DNA of 48,579 bases, taken from Candidatus Tabaqchalia intestinavium. GTDB taxonomy: Bacteria > Bacillota > Clostridia > Oscillospirales > CAJFTT01. The stretch is taken from the NCBI GenBank assembly GCA_904420005.1, contig CAJFTT010000016.1:1-48579 (forward strand), written 5' to 3'. Position 1 is the first letter of the stretch; the number at the start of each line of letters is the position of its first letter. Below the pieces are notes generated by a model. The model searched no databases. It was not told the DNA's origin and saw only the letters and a list, made by a program, of their open reading frames with translations. Position numbers and translations under genes: made by a program. Shown here one piece after another: positions 18,068-27,517 of this stretch.

Positions 18068-18529
18068 TCTAATCGTTCCCACAGGCTTTTCGGGGCAGGG
18101 CAATCGCCGCCCCGCCCCCGACTTTGGCAGTCCCTGTCGCAACGGTCGCTTTTGAAATCGCTATATTTTGCACACAAAAGGCATCGAGAGTCGGCGTCTT
18201 TCTTGACACCGGCTCTCAATGCCCCTTTTTCGCTCTATGCAGGAAGCGCATGGATGAAAACCAAACGCCCACCTGCACCGCGGCCAAAAACGCACCGCGC
18301 GTGAAGTCCGGGAATCATCGCGTTCCCGAAGCGCCGCGACCAGCGTCGGGCGCGCAGACCTGGATTTGCTTTTTCGGTTCTATTTTGCCCGCGCGCGACT
18401 GTACTATAACAAAGAGGATCGTGCGCCGCCTTCCTGCTCTGCGCCCGGCATTTCGCCTGGCTGGCAACGCCCGGGAGAAAATTCTCCGAAAAAGGGCTGG
18501 TCAATCGGCATGCGCTATGATAAAATATT

Positions 18530-18551
18530 GTTCAGTGCCTGAACTATTTTT
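18530..18551 (+). terminator. terminator-like hairpin in the mntP upstream region
   Basis: GTTCAG-tgc-CTGAAC, then TATTTTT. Preceded by TGaTAAAAT, a possible extended -10. Confidence 0.35.
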
Positions 18552-18609
18552 GCTTTCGCCCTGCCTCCGTTTCGACGGAGTATTCCAAACACAAAAGGAA
18601 GGGTTTATC

Positions 18610-19176
18610 TTGAATCTGCCGACGCTGCTTCTCACCGCGGTGGCGCTCTCCATGGATGCCTTCGCTATTTCGTTGTCTATCGGCATCTCCCGCAACGTGA
18701 TCGACCTGAAGGCCATGTTCTCCGCCGCGCTGGCCTTTGGCTTCTTTCAGTTCCTGATGCCGGTGCTCGGGTGGCTGGCTGCGTCGAGCTTCTCCCAGTA
18801 TATCCGCAGCTTCGATCATTGGATCGCGTTTTTGCTGCTGGCCTTCATTGGGGGCAAAATGCTTTTCGAATCGCTGCGCGGCGGGGGCGAGGAATGTCCG
18901 CCGCGCAAGCTTACCCTTCGTTCCCTACTGATGCTTGCGATCGCGACCAGCATCGATGCGCTGGCGGTCGGCGTTTCCTTTGCGCTGATCGAAGTGAATA
19001 TCTGGACTTCCTCCCTGCTCATTGGCTGCGTCACATTCCTGCTTTGCGCGCTGGGCGTTCTGCTGGGCCGCAAGCTTGGCAATCTTCTGGGCAAATGGGC
19101 GGAAATCGCGGGCGGTATCATTCTGATCCTCATTGGGCTGAAAATCCTCATCGAGCATCTGCTCAGCGGCTCATAA
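18610..19176 (+). CDS. mntP: manganese efflux pump MntP family protein
   Basis: 188 aa. TTG start 6 nt after AAGGAAGGG. TM segments with the paired DAFAIS / DALAVG motifs of MntP. Confidence 0.75.
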   Translation: MNLPTLLLTAVALSMDAFAISLSIGISRNVIDLKAMFSAALAFGFFQFLMPVLGWLAASSFSQYIRSFDHWIAFLLLAFIGGKMLFESLRGGGEECPPRKLTLRSLLMLAIATSIDALAVGVSFALIEVNIWTSSLLIGCVTFLLCALGVLLGRKLGNLLGKWAEIAGGIILILIGLKILIEHLLSGS

Positions 19177-19229
19177 ACACGGCGCCGGTAGACAATCGTT
19201 CTGCCGACGCCATTTTATTTTCTCTTGAA

Positions 19230-19249
19230 TCTTAAAAATATTTTTAAGA
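19230..19249. promoter_or_regulatory. 20-bp perfect palindrome, candidate operator or activator site
   Basis: TCTTAAAAAT|ATTTTTAAGA. Ends 6 bp upstream of the -35 of the DUF1836 operon promoter. Confidence 0.55.
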
Positions 19250-19255
19250 ATGCTA

Positions 19256-19284
19256 TTGACATTCATTTGAATGTATGATATGCT
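19256..19284 (+). promoter_or_regulatory. strong sigma-A promoter for the DUF1836-nfeD-floT operon
   Basis: TTGACA (19256-19261), 17 bp, TGaTATGCT (extended -10; TATGCT at 19279-19284). Confidence 0.55.
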
Positions 19285-19386
19285 ATAGCCAATCCAGAAA
19301 GATCGGTCAATCCGGGGAAAGCGCGCCGCCTCTGGCGGCAGGGCGCAGGCCCTGTTCGCCCGATGCATAACAAGGAGGATGGCGCT

Positions 19387-19962
19387 ATGAAGACATATTT
19401 CCCGGGAACCGTGGTCGAACGGCAGGGAAAAAGTGCGGAGGAGTTCCTGTTTGGGATCTTCGCCGTGACGAAAGGGCTGATGCTCGCGCAGGTGCGGGAA
19501 ATCACGGGGCTGGACACCTCCGCCATCCAGAACTGGATCAACCGGGGCTGGGTGCAGAAACCGGTGGAGAAGCGATACACCGTCGATCATCTTGCGCGCA
19601 TCATCATCATCAATATGCTTCGCGACGTGATGAAGCTCGAGCACATCGCCGCGCTGTTGACTTATATCAACGGCGAAACGAGCAACCCCGACGATGACAT
19701 CATTTCCGAATCCCGGCTATATCAATACATTTGTCAGATCCTCGACTGTATGGATTACGAAACGCTCCTGTCCGAAGCGCAGTTCCGCCAGACGGTGGAG
19801 GAAACGACCCGGGATTATCGCGAGCCGTTTCCCGGCGCGCGGAAGCGGCTGGTGGAGGGGTTGATGATCATCCTGGCCTACTACGCGGCGTCGATCGTCA
19901 AGCGCCGGGCGGACGCGCTGTATGGCGCGACGCTCGAGGGAGAGGCCGCGCGCGGCGCTTGA
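19387..19962 (+). CDS. DUF1836 family protein
   Basis: 191 aa. AAGGAGGA RBS 7 nt upstream. Sequence pattern of the Firmicutes DUF1836 family (HLARIIIINMLRDVMKLEHIA). Confidence 0.55.
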   Translation: MKTYFPGTVVERQGKSAEEFLFGIFAVTKGLMLAQVREITGLDTSAIQNWINRGWVQKPVEKRYTVDHLARIIIINMLRDVMKLEHIAALLTYINGETSNPDDDIISESRLYQYICQILDCMDYETLLSEAQFRQTVEETTRDYREPFPGARKRLVEGLMIILAYYAASIVKRRADALYGATLEGEAARGA

Positions 19963-20016
19963 CTGGTGATTTCCAATTTTCTTTTACGCAGAAATTTTTA
20001 GGAAGGGGCTTTCTCT

Positions 20017-20676
20017 ATGCTGAACTGGTGGAACAGCATGACCATTCTCGAACAGGTATTCGCCTGCATCGCCATCGCTGCAACCGTGGTGCTCATCATC
20101 CAGTCGGTGCTGCTTTTGATCGGCGTCGGCATGGGCGGCGACGCCGATCTGGACGGCGGCGCGGACGCCGACGGGGCGGACGCGGGGCTCGACGGGAACG
20201 CAGATGTCCAGGACGGCGGGCTTTCCCTGTTCACCGTGCGCGGCCTGGTCGCTTTCTTCACGGTCGGCGGCTGGGTCGGGCTTGCGCTGCTGCAGTATCT
20301 GCCGCCCGCAGCCGCCATCGTGCTGGCCTTTCTCGCGGGCACGGCCGCGCTTCTCGGCGTAGGACTGCTGTTCAAATACGCTTTACGCTTGCAATCGCAG
20401 GGCAATCTGGACATACAAAACGCCCTGGGAAAAACGGGAAAGGTGTATATTCCGATTCCCGCGCAGGAAGGAGGGCAGGGAAAAATCACGATCCTGGTGC
20501 AGGAGCGCCTGACGGAGCTTGACGCCGTCACCAAGGCGGCGCGCACGCTCTCCACCGGGGAGATGGTCACCGTTGCGGCGGTTGTCGATCCGCAGACGGT
20601 GCTGGTCGAGCCGGTGCAGCCCAATGAAACCAAGAAACAGAATCAAGGGGGTATTTCACAATGGATCCAATCGTAG
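20017..20676 (+). CDS. NfeD-like (YuaF/YqiJ-type) membrane protein, flotillin partner
   Basis: 219 aa. N-terminal TM helices, a Gly/Asp-rich linker, and a C-terminal OB-fold-like region (GKVYIPIPAQEGGQGKITILVQERLTELDAVTK). Overlaps the flotillin start by 16 nt. Confidence 0.7.
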   Translation: MLNWWNSMTILEQVFACIAIAATVVLIIQSVLLLIGVGMGGDADLDGGADADGADAGLDGNADVQDGGLSLFTVRGLVAFFTVGGWVGLALLQYLPPAAAIVLAFLAGTAALLGVGLLFKYALRLQSQGNLDIQNALGKTGKVYIPIPAQEGGQGKITILVQERLTELDAVTKAARTLSTGEMVTVAAVVDPQTVLVEPVQPNETKKQNQGGISQWIQS

Positions 20677-22127
20677 TCGTTGCCGTATGCGTCATCGCCG
20701 TGCTGGCGCTGACGACCGTACTGGTGATTCTGTCCCGGTACCGCAAGTGCCCTTCGGACAAAATCCTCGTGGTGTACGGTAAAATCGGCTCCAACAAGGA
20801 CGGCAGTTATCGCAGCGCCAAGTGTATCCACGGCGGCGCGGCCTTCATCGTCCCGGTATTCCAGGCGTATGAATACATGGACCTGACGCCGATCTCCATC
20901 TCCGTGGATCTGAAAAACGCGCTGTCCAAGCAGAACATCCGCATCGATGTGCCTTCCCGCTTCACCGTCGGCATCTCCGTGGAGCCCGGCGTGATGCAGA
21001 ACGCCGCCGAGCGCCTGCTGGGGCTCAAGCTCCCGGAAATCCAGGAACTTGCCAAGGACATCATTCTGGGCCAGCTGCGCCTGGTCATCGCGACCATGGA
21101 GATCGAGGAAATCAACTCTGACCGCGATAAATTCCTCGCCGCCGTTTCCAACAACGTCGAAAGCGAGCTGAAAAAGATCGGTCTGCGGCTGATCAACGTC
21201 AACGTCACCGACATCACGGATGAGTCGGGCTACATCTCCGCGCTGGGTAAGGAAGCGGCCGCGAAGGCCATCAACGACGCCCGTATCTCCGTGGCGGAGG
21301 CCGACCGTTCGGGCGCCATCGGCGAAGCCAACGCCAAGCGCGAGCAGCGCGTGCAGGTTTCCATGGCCGATTCGGAAGCCATCAAGGGCGAGAACGAAGC
21401 CAAAGCGCAGGTTGCCGAGTCCAACGCTACCCTGACGGAAAAACGCGCCGAGGCCATGCGCCGCGCCACCGCCGCGGAGAAAATCCAGGCGGCCCGCGCG
21501 CTGCAGGAAGCCTACGCCGCCGAGCAGGAAGCCGAGCAGGCGCGTTCGGCCCGCGAGAAGGCGACGCTGGAAGCCGACGTCATCGTCAAGACGGAAATCG
21601 AAAAGCGCAAGCTCGAGCTGGAAGCGGAAGCGGCCGCCGAGCAGATCCGCCGCAAGGCAAAAGGTGAAGCCGACGCAATTTTCGCGAAAATGGAGGCCGA
21701 GGCCCGCGGTATGCAGGAAATGCTGACCAAGCAGGCGGCCGGTCTCGCGCAGATCGTTTCGGCCGCCGGCGGCGACGCCAACGACGCCATGAAGCTCATG
21801 ATCGCCGACAAGCTCGAAGAGCTGGTCAAGACGCAGGTCGAGGCGGTCAAGAACCTCAAGATCGACAAAGTCACCGTTTGGGACAGCATGGGCGGCAAGG
21901 ACGGGACGCCGGCGACGGCCAATTTCCTTGCCGGTATGCTCAAATCCATCCCGCCGATGAACGAGCTGTTCAACATGGCGGGCATGACGCTCCCCGAGTT
22001 CCTGGGCAAGGCGGCGGACAATGCTTCGAGCGACACGAAGGCGTCCCCCGAAGTTGCAGTCGCCACCGCGGCCACTTCGACGGCAGACACGCCGAGCGAG
22101 CCGCAGGCGGCGCCGGAAATTCACTGA
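20661..22127 (+). CDS. floT: flotillin (SPFH/Band-7 domain, FloT/YuaG-like)
   Basis: 488 aa. N-terminal TM, SPFH domain, and an Ala/Glu-rich coiled-coil repeat region (EAEQARSAREKATLEADVIVKTEIEKRKLELEAEAAAEQIRRKAKGEAD). Confidence 0.85.
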   Translation: MDPIVVVAVCVIAVLALTTVLVILSRYRKCPSDKILVVYGKIGSNKDGSYRSAKCIHGGAAFIVPVFQAYEYMDLTPISISVDLKNALSKQNIRIDVPSRFTVGISVEPGVMQNAAERLLGLKLPEIQELAKDIILGQLRLVIATMEIEEINSDRDKFLAAVSNNVESELKKIGLRLINVNVTDITDESGYISALGKEAAAKAINDARISVAEADRSGAIGEANAKREQRVQVSMADSEAIKGENEAKAQVAESNATLTEKRAEAMRRATAAEKIQAARALQEAYAAEQEAEQARSAREKATLEADVIVKTEIEKRKLELEAEAAAEQIRRKAKGEADAIFAKMEAEARGMQEMLTKQAAGLAQIVSAAGGDANDAMKLMIADKLEELVKTQVEAVKNLKIDKVTVWDSMGGKDGTPATANFLAGMLKSIPPMNELFNMAGMTLPEFLGKAADNASSDTKASPEVAVATAATSTADTPSEPQAAPEIH

Positions 22128-22162
22128 TTCTCTCTCCCCCACCAAGGCAGAGTGATGCCAGG

Positions 22163-22204
22163 CGCAAGGCCGGGTCGATCGACCCGGCCTTGCGCTCTTT
22201 TCTG
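22163..22204 (+). terminator. intrinsic terminator of floT
   Basis: Perfect 34-bp palindrome gcgcaaggccgggtcgatcgacccggccttgcgc, then tcttttctg. Confidence 0.7.
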
Positions 22205-22372
22205 CGTCTGTTAAACGTCCGCCCGTTCCCGGGCAGGCGTGATGGCACGGCCAAAATGTTCATGGGGGGACGGCAAGCGCCCGTCTGTGTACGGGGAGTG
22301 CCGACGCGCGGTAATGAATCCCAGCGCGGCGAACGCACATTGTCCCGTTCCCGGCGCATTCCCCGGTACCGG

Positions 22373-22381
22373 ATTATATCA
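22373..22381 (-). promoter_or_regulatory. extended -10 element (TGaTATAAT) on the minus strand with no obvious downstream gene
   Basis: Minus strand cc-TG-a-TATAAT-cc. The -35 region is weak (agcaag). Confidence 0.3.
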
Positions 22382-22481
22382 GGAAAGGGATTGCTCTTGC
22401 TTGAGATTTTTATTTCACCCTCCTGGCGGTCGGTTTTTGTAGGATCCTCCGCTTGTTGTTTCTTTCATGCTTATTTCCAAT

Positions 22482-22508
22482 AAAAAAGCCCCGGCGTAAG
22501 CCGGAGCC
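22482..22508 (-). terminator. intrinsic terminator of the SseB-family gene
   Basis: Minus strand GCTCCGGC-ttac-GCCGGGGC, then TTTTTT. Confidence 0.55.
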
Positions 22509-22570
22509 TTTCGATATTCGAATTTCTTCTGATTCCTGCCAGTCTCGAAACCGCCCTCGTCTCGGTACCA

Positions 22571-23350
22571 TCAATCCCGGGAGAAGAACGGCTCGACACC
22601 CTGCGCGGCATGCCGTCCGAAGTCTGCTGAATACGGAACAAAATCCAGCGGCATTCCCTGCAAATGCGGCCGAGCGGCAGCCGCCGCCTGGACGAAAACG
22701 GCGCGCGCGTCCCCGTCGCAATCCACAACAATCAGATAGCTTTCCGTATCATCCCGCCGGAGCAGCCGCAGCCACGCGGCGCACACGTCGAGATTCTCCC
22801 GAAAAATGGCAGCCATGGCGGCGAGCGCCGCTTCCGGGCGCTCGGCCGGCTCGCCCAGCAACACCTGGGTTTCCTTATCGATCTTCTGCTCCTGCACGCC
22901 TGCGAGGATCTGCGCTTTGTGCGCCTGCATGTGCGTGAGCAGCGCGCGGTCGAGCACGAGATTTTCCCCAAACGGGTTGATCACGAGGCCCGTCAAATGC
23001 GTGTCCCGCAGCACCATCGAGGCATAGTCGTCAAACGTCAGCACCAGCGTGCGCGGCGTCTCCTCGCGCCGCCATTTGTTCAGCTCCTCCCAGTCGGTGA
23101 AAGCGGGGCAAAGGATGCTGCCGTCGGCGGTCGTCAGCAGCGGGAACTGCATGGTGGACTCCTTCTCAAATGTAGCGGTGCCGTCGCCGTTATCTTTCGG
23201 CGGCTGGGAAAACACGACCAGCGACAGAAAATGCGCCTGCATGGCGATCTCCTGCAGCACACGGTTCTGATTCTCCTCGGAATTATCCTGTTTGAGCGCC
23301 TGCATGCACTCTTTGAGATAAGGGTTGGTGACGGGATTGTTGCGATCCAT
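22571..23350 (-). CDS. SseB family protein (enhanced serine sensitivity protein-like)
   Basis: 259 aa. FPLLTTADGSILCPAFTDWEELNKW ... GLVINPFGENLVLDRALL matches the SseB N-terminal domain pattern. Confidence 0.6.
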   Translation of the reverse strand: MDRNNPVTNPYLKECMQALKQDNSEENQNRVLQEIAMQAHFLSLVVFSQPPKDNGDGTATFEKESTMQFPLLTTADGSILCPAFTDWEELNKWRREETPRTLVLTFDDYASMVLRDTHLTGLVINPFGENLVLDRALLTHMQAHKAQILAGVQEQKIDKETQVLLGEPAERPEAALAAMAAIFRENLDVCAAWLRLLRRDDTESYLIVVDCDGDARAVFVQAAAAARPHLQGMPLDFVPYSADFGRHAAQGVEPFFSRD

Positions 23351-23459
23351 ACCGATTCCTTTCTGCGCATAAGGGCGCGGGAATTGCTTTCCTCGAGGGA
23401 ACTGCCCGGCGCCGCAGCGCGCGCACCGGGCTTAAAAGCTCCTGCGGCGCGGCGGCGCA

Positions 23460-24386
23460 TCAAACGCCGGGACCGATGTCGCGCAGGTCGTACGGCGTGG
23501 CCTGGTACACGAAATAATTCAGCCAGTTGGAGAAAAACAGGTTCGCATGGCTGCGCCAGGTCATGCGCGGGGGCTTGCGCGGATCGTCGTCGATGAAATA
23601 ATTCTGCGGCACCGCTGGGTTCAGTCCCTTTTCTACGTCGCGGAAATATTCACGGGCCAGCGTGTCCCGGTCATATTCGCTGTGGCCGGTGACGAAAATC
23701 TGCCGTCCGGATTTCGTTGCGATGATGTGCGGTCCTGTGTCCAGCGAATAGGCCAGCACTTCCAGCTCGGGGATATTCTCGATGAGGTCATAGCGAATGG
23801 AAGTATAGCGCGACTGAGGCACCCAGAACACCTCGTCAAACCCGCGCGTCAGCGGGTGCGCCGGATTGGTGGGATAGTGCGCAAACACGCCGGACAACTT
23901 GTGCTCCAGCAGGAATTTCTCCACACCGAAATGATAATACAACCCCGCCTGCGCGCCCCAGCAGATATGCAGCGTGCAGTGGACGTTGGTCTTGCTCCAT
24001 TCCATGATTTCGCAAAGTTCGGGCCAATACGCCACATCCTCAAACGCCATCTTCTCCACCGGCGCGCCGGTGATGATCAGCCCGTCGTATTTCTGCTCGC
24101 GCACATCGTCGAAGGTCTGATAATATTTGATCAGATGCTCCTCGGCTGTGTGCCGGGATGTATAGGTCGCGGTCTGCAGCAGGTCGATGTCGATCTGCAG
24201 CGGGGTGTTGCTGATCAGGCGCAGCAGCTGCGTCTCGGTCTCCACCTTGGTGGGCATGAGATTGAGGATAGCGATCTTCAGCGGGCGGATGTCCTGTTTG
24301 AGCGCCATTCCCTCGGGCATGATGAAGATATTCTCCTGTTCGAGAATGGCTTTGGCAGGCAGCGAGTCCGCGATTTTGATCGGCAT
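23460..24386 (-). CDS. metA: homoserine O-acyltransferase (MetA/HTS family)
   Basis: 308 aa. [32 protein letters not shown] and [15 protein letters not shown] motifs. Confidence 0.85.
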   Translation of the reverse strand: MPIKIADSLPAKAILEQENIFIMPEGMALKQDIRPLKIAILNLMPTKVETETQLLRLISNTPLQIDIDLLQTATYTSRHTAEEHLIKYYQTFDDVREQKYDGLIITGAPVEKMAFEDVAYWPELCEIMEWSKTNVHCTLHICWGAQAGLYYHFGVEKFLLEHKLSGVFAHYPTNPAHPLTRGFDEVFWVPQSRYTSIRYDLIENIPELEVLAYSLDTGPHIIATKSGRQIFVTGHSEYDRDTLAREYFRDVEKGLNPAVPQNYFIDDDPRKPPRMTWRSHANLFFSNWLNYFVYQATPYDLRDIGPGV

Positions 24387-24430
24387 GGCGCTTCACTTCT
24401 TTCTTTTCAGATTCCCGGCCCGCGCGCGTC

Positions 24431-27400
24431 TCACAGCCCCTGATATTGCTCGGCGAGATATTGCACGATGCCTTTGACATAGCCGCGGGCCAGCTCTTTC
24501 TGGATCTCCGGATCGGCCATGTGTTTGTATTCTTCGGTATTGGTGATGTACCCCGTCTCCACCAGCACACAAGGCAGCTCCTGAATGCGCGTCATATAAT
24601 ATGGATAATGCCGCAGGCCGTTATCGAACCCATCGTGCCGGTCGTCGCCGGGGGGATAGATCGACTCGCCGTACACCTCCAGCAACGCGTCATGGAGGCA
24701 TTCGGACAGGCGTTTGGCGAAGGGGTAGTAATAATAGGCGCTGGTGCCATAAAGCTTTTTATTTGTCGCGCCGTTATAATGGATCGCGATGGACAGATCG
24801 CCGCCGGAGTGCCGGATTTTGTCCACCCGTTCATAACGGTCCATATCAGACTGATTATTGGTGCGGGTCATATAGACCTCGGCCCCCAGCGATTCCAGCT
24901 CCTCTTTGATCAGATCCGCCATGATGAGATTGAGTTCGGCCTCGCAATATCCGCCATCAGGGCCGCCGGAGCCGGGCTGGTAGGGGTAGCGGCCGTTGTG
25001 GCCAGGATCGAGCGTGATGGTCACGCCTTTGAGGGAATATCCATATTCGTTGTCCGCCTTCTCGATTTTGACGGGGTTTTTGAAACGAATGACCAGCTGG
25101 TTGTCCGCATTGACCTCCATGCCGATGCCGTAAAACGCGCCCGTCTTGCGGAACTTGAGCGTCAGCTTCTGCTGCGTGTCGCTCACCTTCGTCCAGCCAT
25201 AGGAGGAGAAGAGCGGGTTATCCGTCAGCCCTTCAATCTCGCAGGTCTGCGTGGTATTGGAAAACAGCAGCTCAATGCGGTCGGACTTGAATTCCTTGAC
25301 CTGGTAACCGTTGGTGGCGTGGCCGCCCGAGAAGGTCAGCGGCTGCAGCGACGGAATCACTGCGACCGGCATATCCATGTCGAGCGTCAGATACGAATAC
25401 TGCCCGCCATCGGTCATCTTGGCTGAATAAACTTTATTGGGCGTGGGATTCTCCACCTTCGTCACGGTGACATGGCTCTGGTAAATCATGACGCCGCTGG
25501 AGAGAATATAATATTCCACATGCTTGGGATTGCCGTCGCTGTCAGTCAGGCCGGGCTGCGACTCCGCCGTGCCGACGATGTAATCGACTGCACCCTTGGG
25601 CAGGAAATACTGCGTGGGGGCGGATTTGTCATCGAGATATTTCGGATTATAGGTCTCGCCTTTGTTATAGTTCTCCGCGTCGCGCGTGACGCAGACCGTC
25701 GCCATCAAAGAATAGTCGAGCGAACCCGTATCCTCCGGCAGCGCCTTGACGGTCACGGAGCCGCCGTTGACCGTCTCGGTGTATCCTTCCGCCGTCCCCT
25801 TGAAAACGACCTTGCCGAGCTTTTGCTCCTTCATCGTGCCGAGCGGCAGCGTATAACTGCCGGTAAAGTTGGCATATCCGTCGTCGACGGCGTTGTCATT
25901 CTCCCCGTCGGAGGTGATCTCCTCCTCCTTGAGCGTCACGCGCGTGCCGTCGATGGTGGCGGTGACGGTAGCGCCCTGCATGGCGACGGCCGAAAGCGTA
26001 AGCATCACGCCCCCGTCAGCAGAGAGGTTCTTGGAGGGAGAAACGCTGCGGATCACATCGACGGTACGGGTCACCGTGAACGTGACCTCCTGCCCCGCAT
26101 GGGAAACAACGATGGTATTTTTCCCCACCTTGAGATCACAGGAATAGGCAAAATACCCGGAGTCGAGCCGCTCGACCGGTTCGCCGTTGACGAGCACCTC
26201 ATACAGCGGATTGCTCGTGCCGCGCACGGTGAAAATTTGATTGGTGGTTTTGTAAGTAGTTTCGGTCGGCTCGGAAATCTCCAGCTTGGTCGCGGAAGTG
26301 TCGACATCCTTGCCTTCAAAGAAGAGGCGGAGCGCATTCGCCGCGCCGGACTGATCCTCGCGCAGGGGGCGGAACCCCCACAGCACGCTGCCGCGGTAAT
26401 TGACCTGCTGCTTGGCAAGCTGCGCCTGTTTGACCAGCTCCTCGGGGGAGGCAAAGCCGGCCTCCTTCGAGCCGAGCCGCGTGGCGTCGTGCCCGATGAG
26501 CAGCGCTACCCGCGTATTGGCGACCAGGGAGGACCACCAGCTGCAGACTGTTTCAAACGGGACATTCTCCGACTGCGTGCTGGTGAATAACTGCGGGCAC
26601 AGGTAATCGATCCAGTCCTCTCGCACCCACTGCGGCGCGTCGACATACTGATCGGAATAAGCCTGCATTTCAGCGGCGGTAGCAGAACCGGATTCCTGGG
26701 CAGAGGCGTTGGCCCACACCGCGCAGGGGCTCGCCCCCAGCACAACATCGCGCGGCAGGGCGCGCAGCTGCTGGGACAGCGACTTGACGAAGCCGGAGAG
26801 ATTGGCCCGGCGGAAATCGTCCAGGGAAGCACCCGCGCCGTATTGCGCGAAAGTTGCATCGTCGGCAAAATCCTTGCCCGGATAAAAGCCGGCAAGGCAG
26901 ACGCCGTCAACGGCATAGTCCTGCGCCAGAGAAGCGATCGCCGTCAGCAGCGCCTGCGCAGCCTCGGGGACGCCAGGATCAAAATATGCGCCCGTCTGCG
27001 TCACCACCACCCATTCCGGATGCGCGGCGGCGGGATGCGTCTGCGGCAGATCATCCACCGCGGCGCCGATGTACCACGGATCGACCCACGCCTGGATATA
27101 AAAACCCTGGGCGTGCGCCGTCTCGCACACAGTCTCCAGCAGCGGCAGCTGCTCGCTGTACAGTGGCGTTTCCACAAAGAGCGTGTTGAAGCCCATCTCT
27201 TTGGCGTCGGCCAGCAGCGCGCTGAGCGCGGCGGCGACAGAATCAGCCGTCGCGTCGTCCGTAAACGGCAGATCTCCGTCCGCGCCCGTCTCGATCCACA
27301 CGCCGTGGATCTCGGCCGGCTGCAGCTCGCTCGGCTCCGGCTGCTCGGAGGTGACGCCGCTGGAAACGTCGCCGGCGCTCTCTGCAGAAGAAGCGTCCGG

Positions 27401-27517
27401 CGTGTCCTCCTCACGCTGCATCCACAGGGCGACCGCGGCGGTCGCGGCCGCGCCCAAAATGAAAATCAGCGCCAGGATCAGGGCGATGGTTCGGGTTCCT
27501 AGGGGTCGTTTCTTCAT
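24431..27517 (-). CDS. membrane-anchored multidomain cell-wall hydrolase: GH-like (GHL10/DUF187-type) domain, Ig-like repeats, C-terminal N-acetylmuramoyl-L-alanine amidase (Amidase_3)
   Basis: 1028 aa. N-terminal TM (IALILALIFILGAAATAAVALW). C-terminal ITLDPGHNG ... AIHYNG ... LVETGYITN amidase-3 signature. GGAGG RBS. Confidence 0.8.
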   Translation of the reverse strand: MKKRPLGTRTIALILALIFILGAAATAAVALWMQREEDTPDASSAESAGDVSSGVTSEQPEPSELQPAEIHGVWIETGADGDLPFTDDATADSVAAALSALLADAKEMGFNTLFVETPLYSEQLPLLETVCETAHAQGFYIQAWVDPWYIGAAVDDLPQTHPAAAHPEWVVVTQTGAYFDPGVPEAAQALLTAIASLAQDYAVDGVCLAGFYPGKDFADDATFAQYGAGASLDDFRRANLSGFVKSLSQQLRALPRDVVLGASPCAVWANASAQESGSATAAEMQAYSDQYVDAPQWVREDWIDYLCPQLFTSTQSENVPFETVCSWWSSLVANTRVALLIGHDATRLGSKEAGFASPEELVKQAQLAKQQVNYRGSVLWGFRPLREDQSGAANALRLFFEGKDVDTSATKLEISEPTETTYKTTNQIFTVRGTSNPLYEVLVNGEPVERLDSGYFAYSCDLKVGKNTIVVSHAGQEVTFTVTRTVDVIRSVSPSKNLSADGGVMLTLSAVAMQGATVTATIDGTRVTLKEEEITSDGENDNAVDDGYANFTGSYTLPLGTMKEQKLGKVVFKGTAEGYTETVNGGSVTVKALPEDTGSLDYSLMATVCVTRDAENYNKGETYNPKYLDDKSAPTQYFLPKGAVDYIVGTAESQPGLTDSDGNPKHVEYYILSSGVMIYQSHVTVTKVENPTPNKVYSAKMTDGGQYSYLTLDMDMPVAVIPSLQPLTFSGGHATNGYQVKEFKSDRIELLFSNTTQTCEIEGLTDNPLFSSYGWTKVSDTQQKLTLKFRKTGAFYGIGMEVNADNQLVIRFKNPVKIEKADNEYGYSLKGVTITLDPGHNGRYPYQPGSGGPDGGYCEAELNLIMADLIKEELESLGAEVYMTRTNNQSDMDRYERVDKIRHSGGDLSIAIHYNGATNKKLYGTSAYYYYPFAKRLSECLHDALLEVYGESIYPPGDDRHDGFDNGLRHYPYYMTRIQELPCVLVETGYITNTEEYKHMADPEIQKELARGYVKGIVQYLAEQYQGL

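Noticed and set aside
20643-22145. 500-aa minus-strand ORF
   Set aside because: Antisense to the flotillin gene, with Gly/Arg/Leu-rich junk. The plus-strand product has a clear SPFH/coiled-coil sequence.
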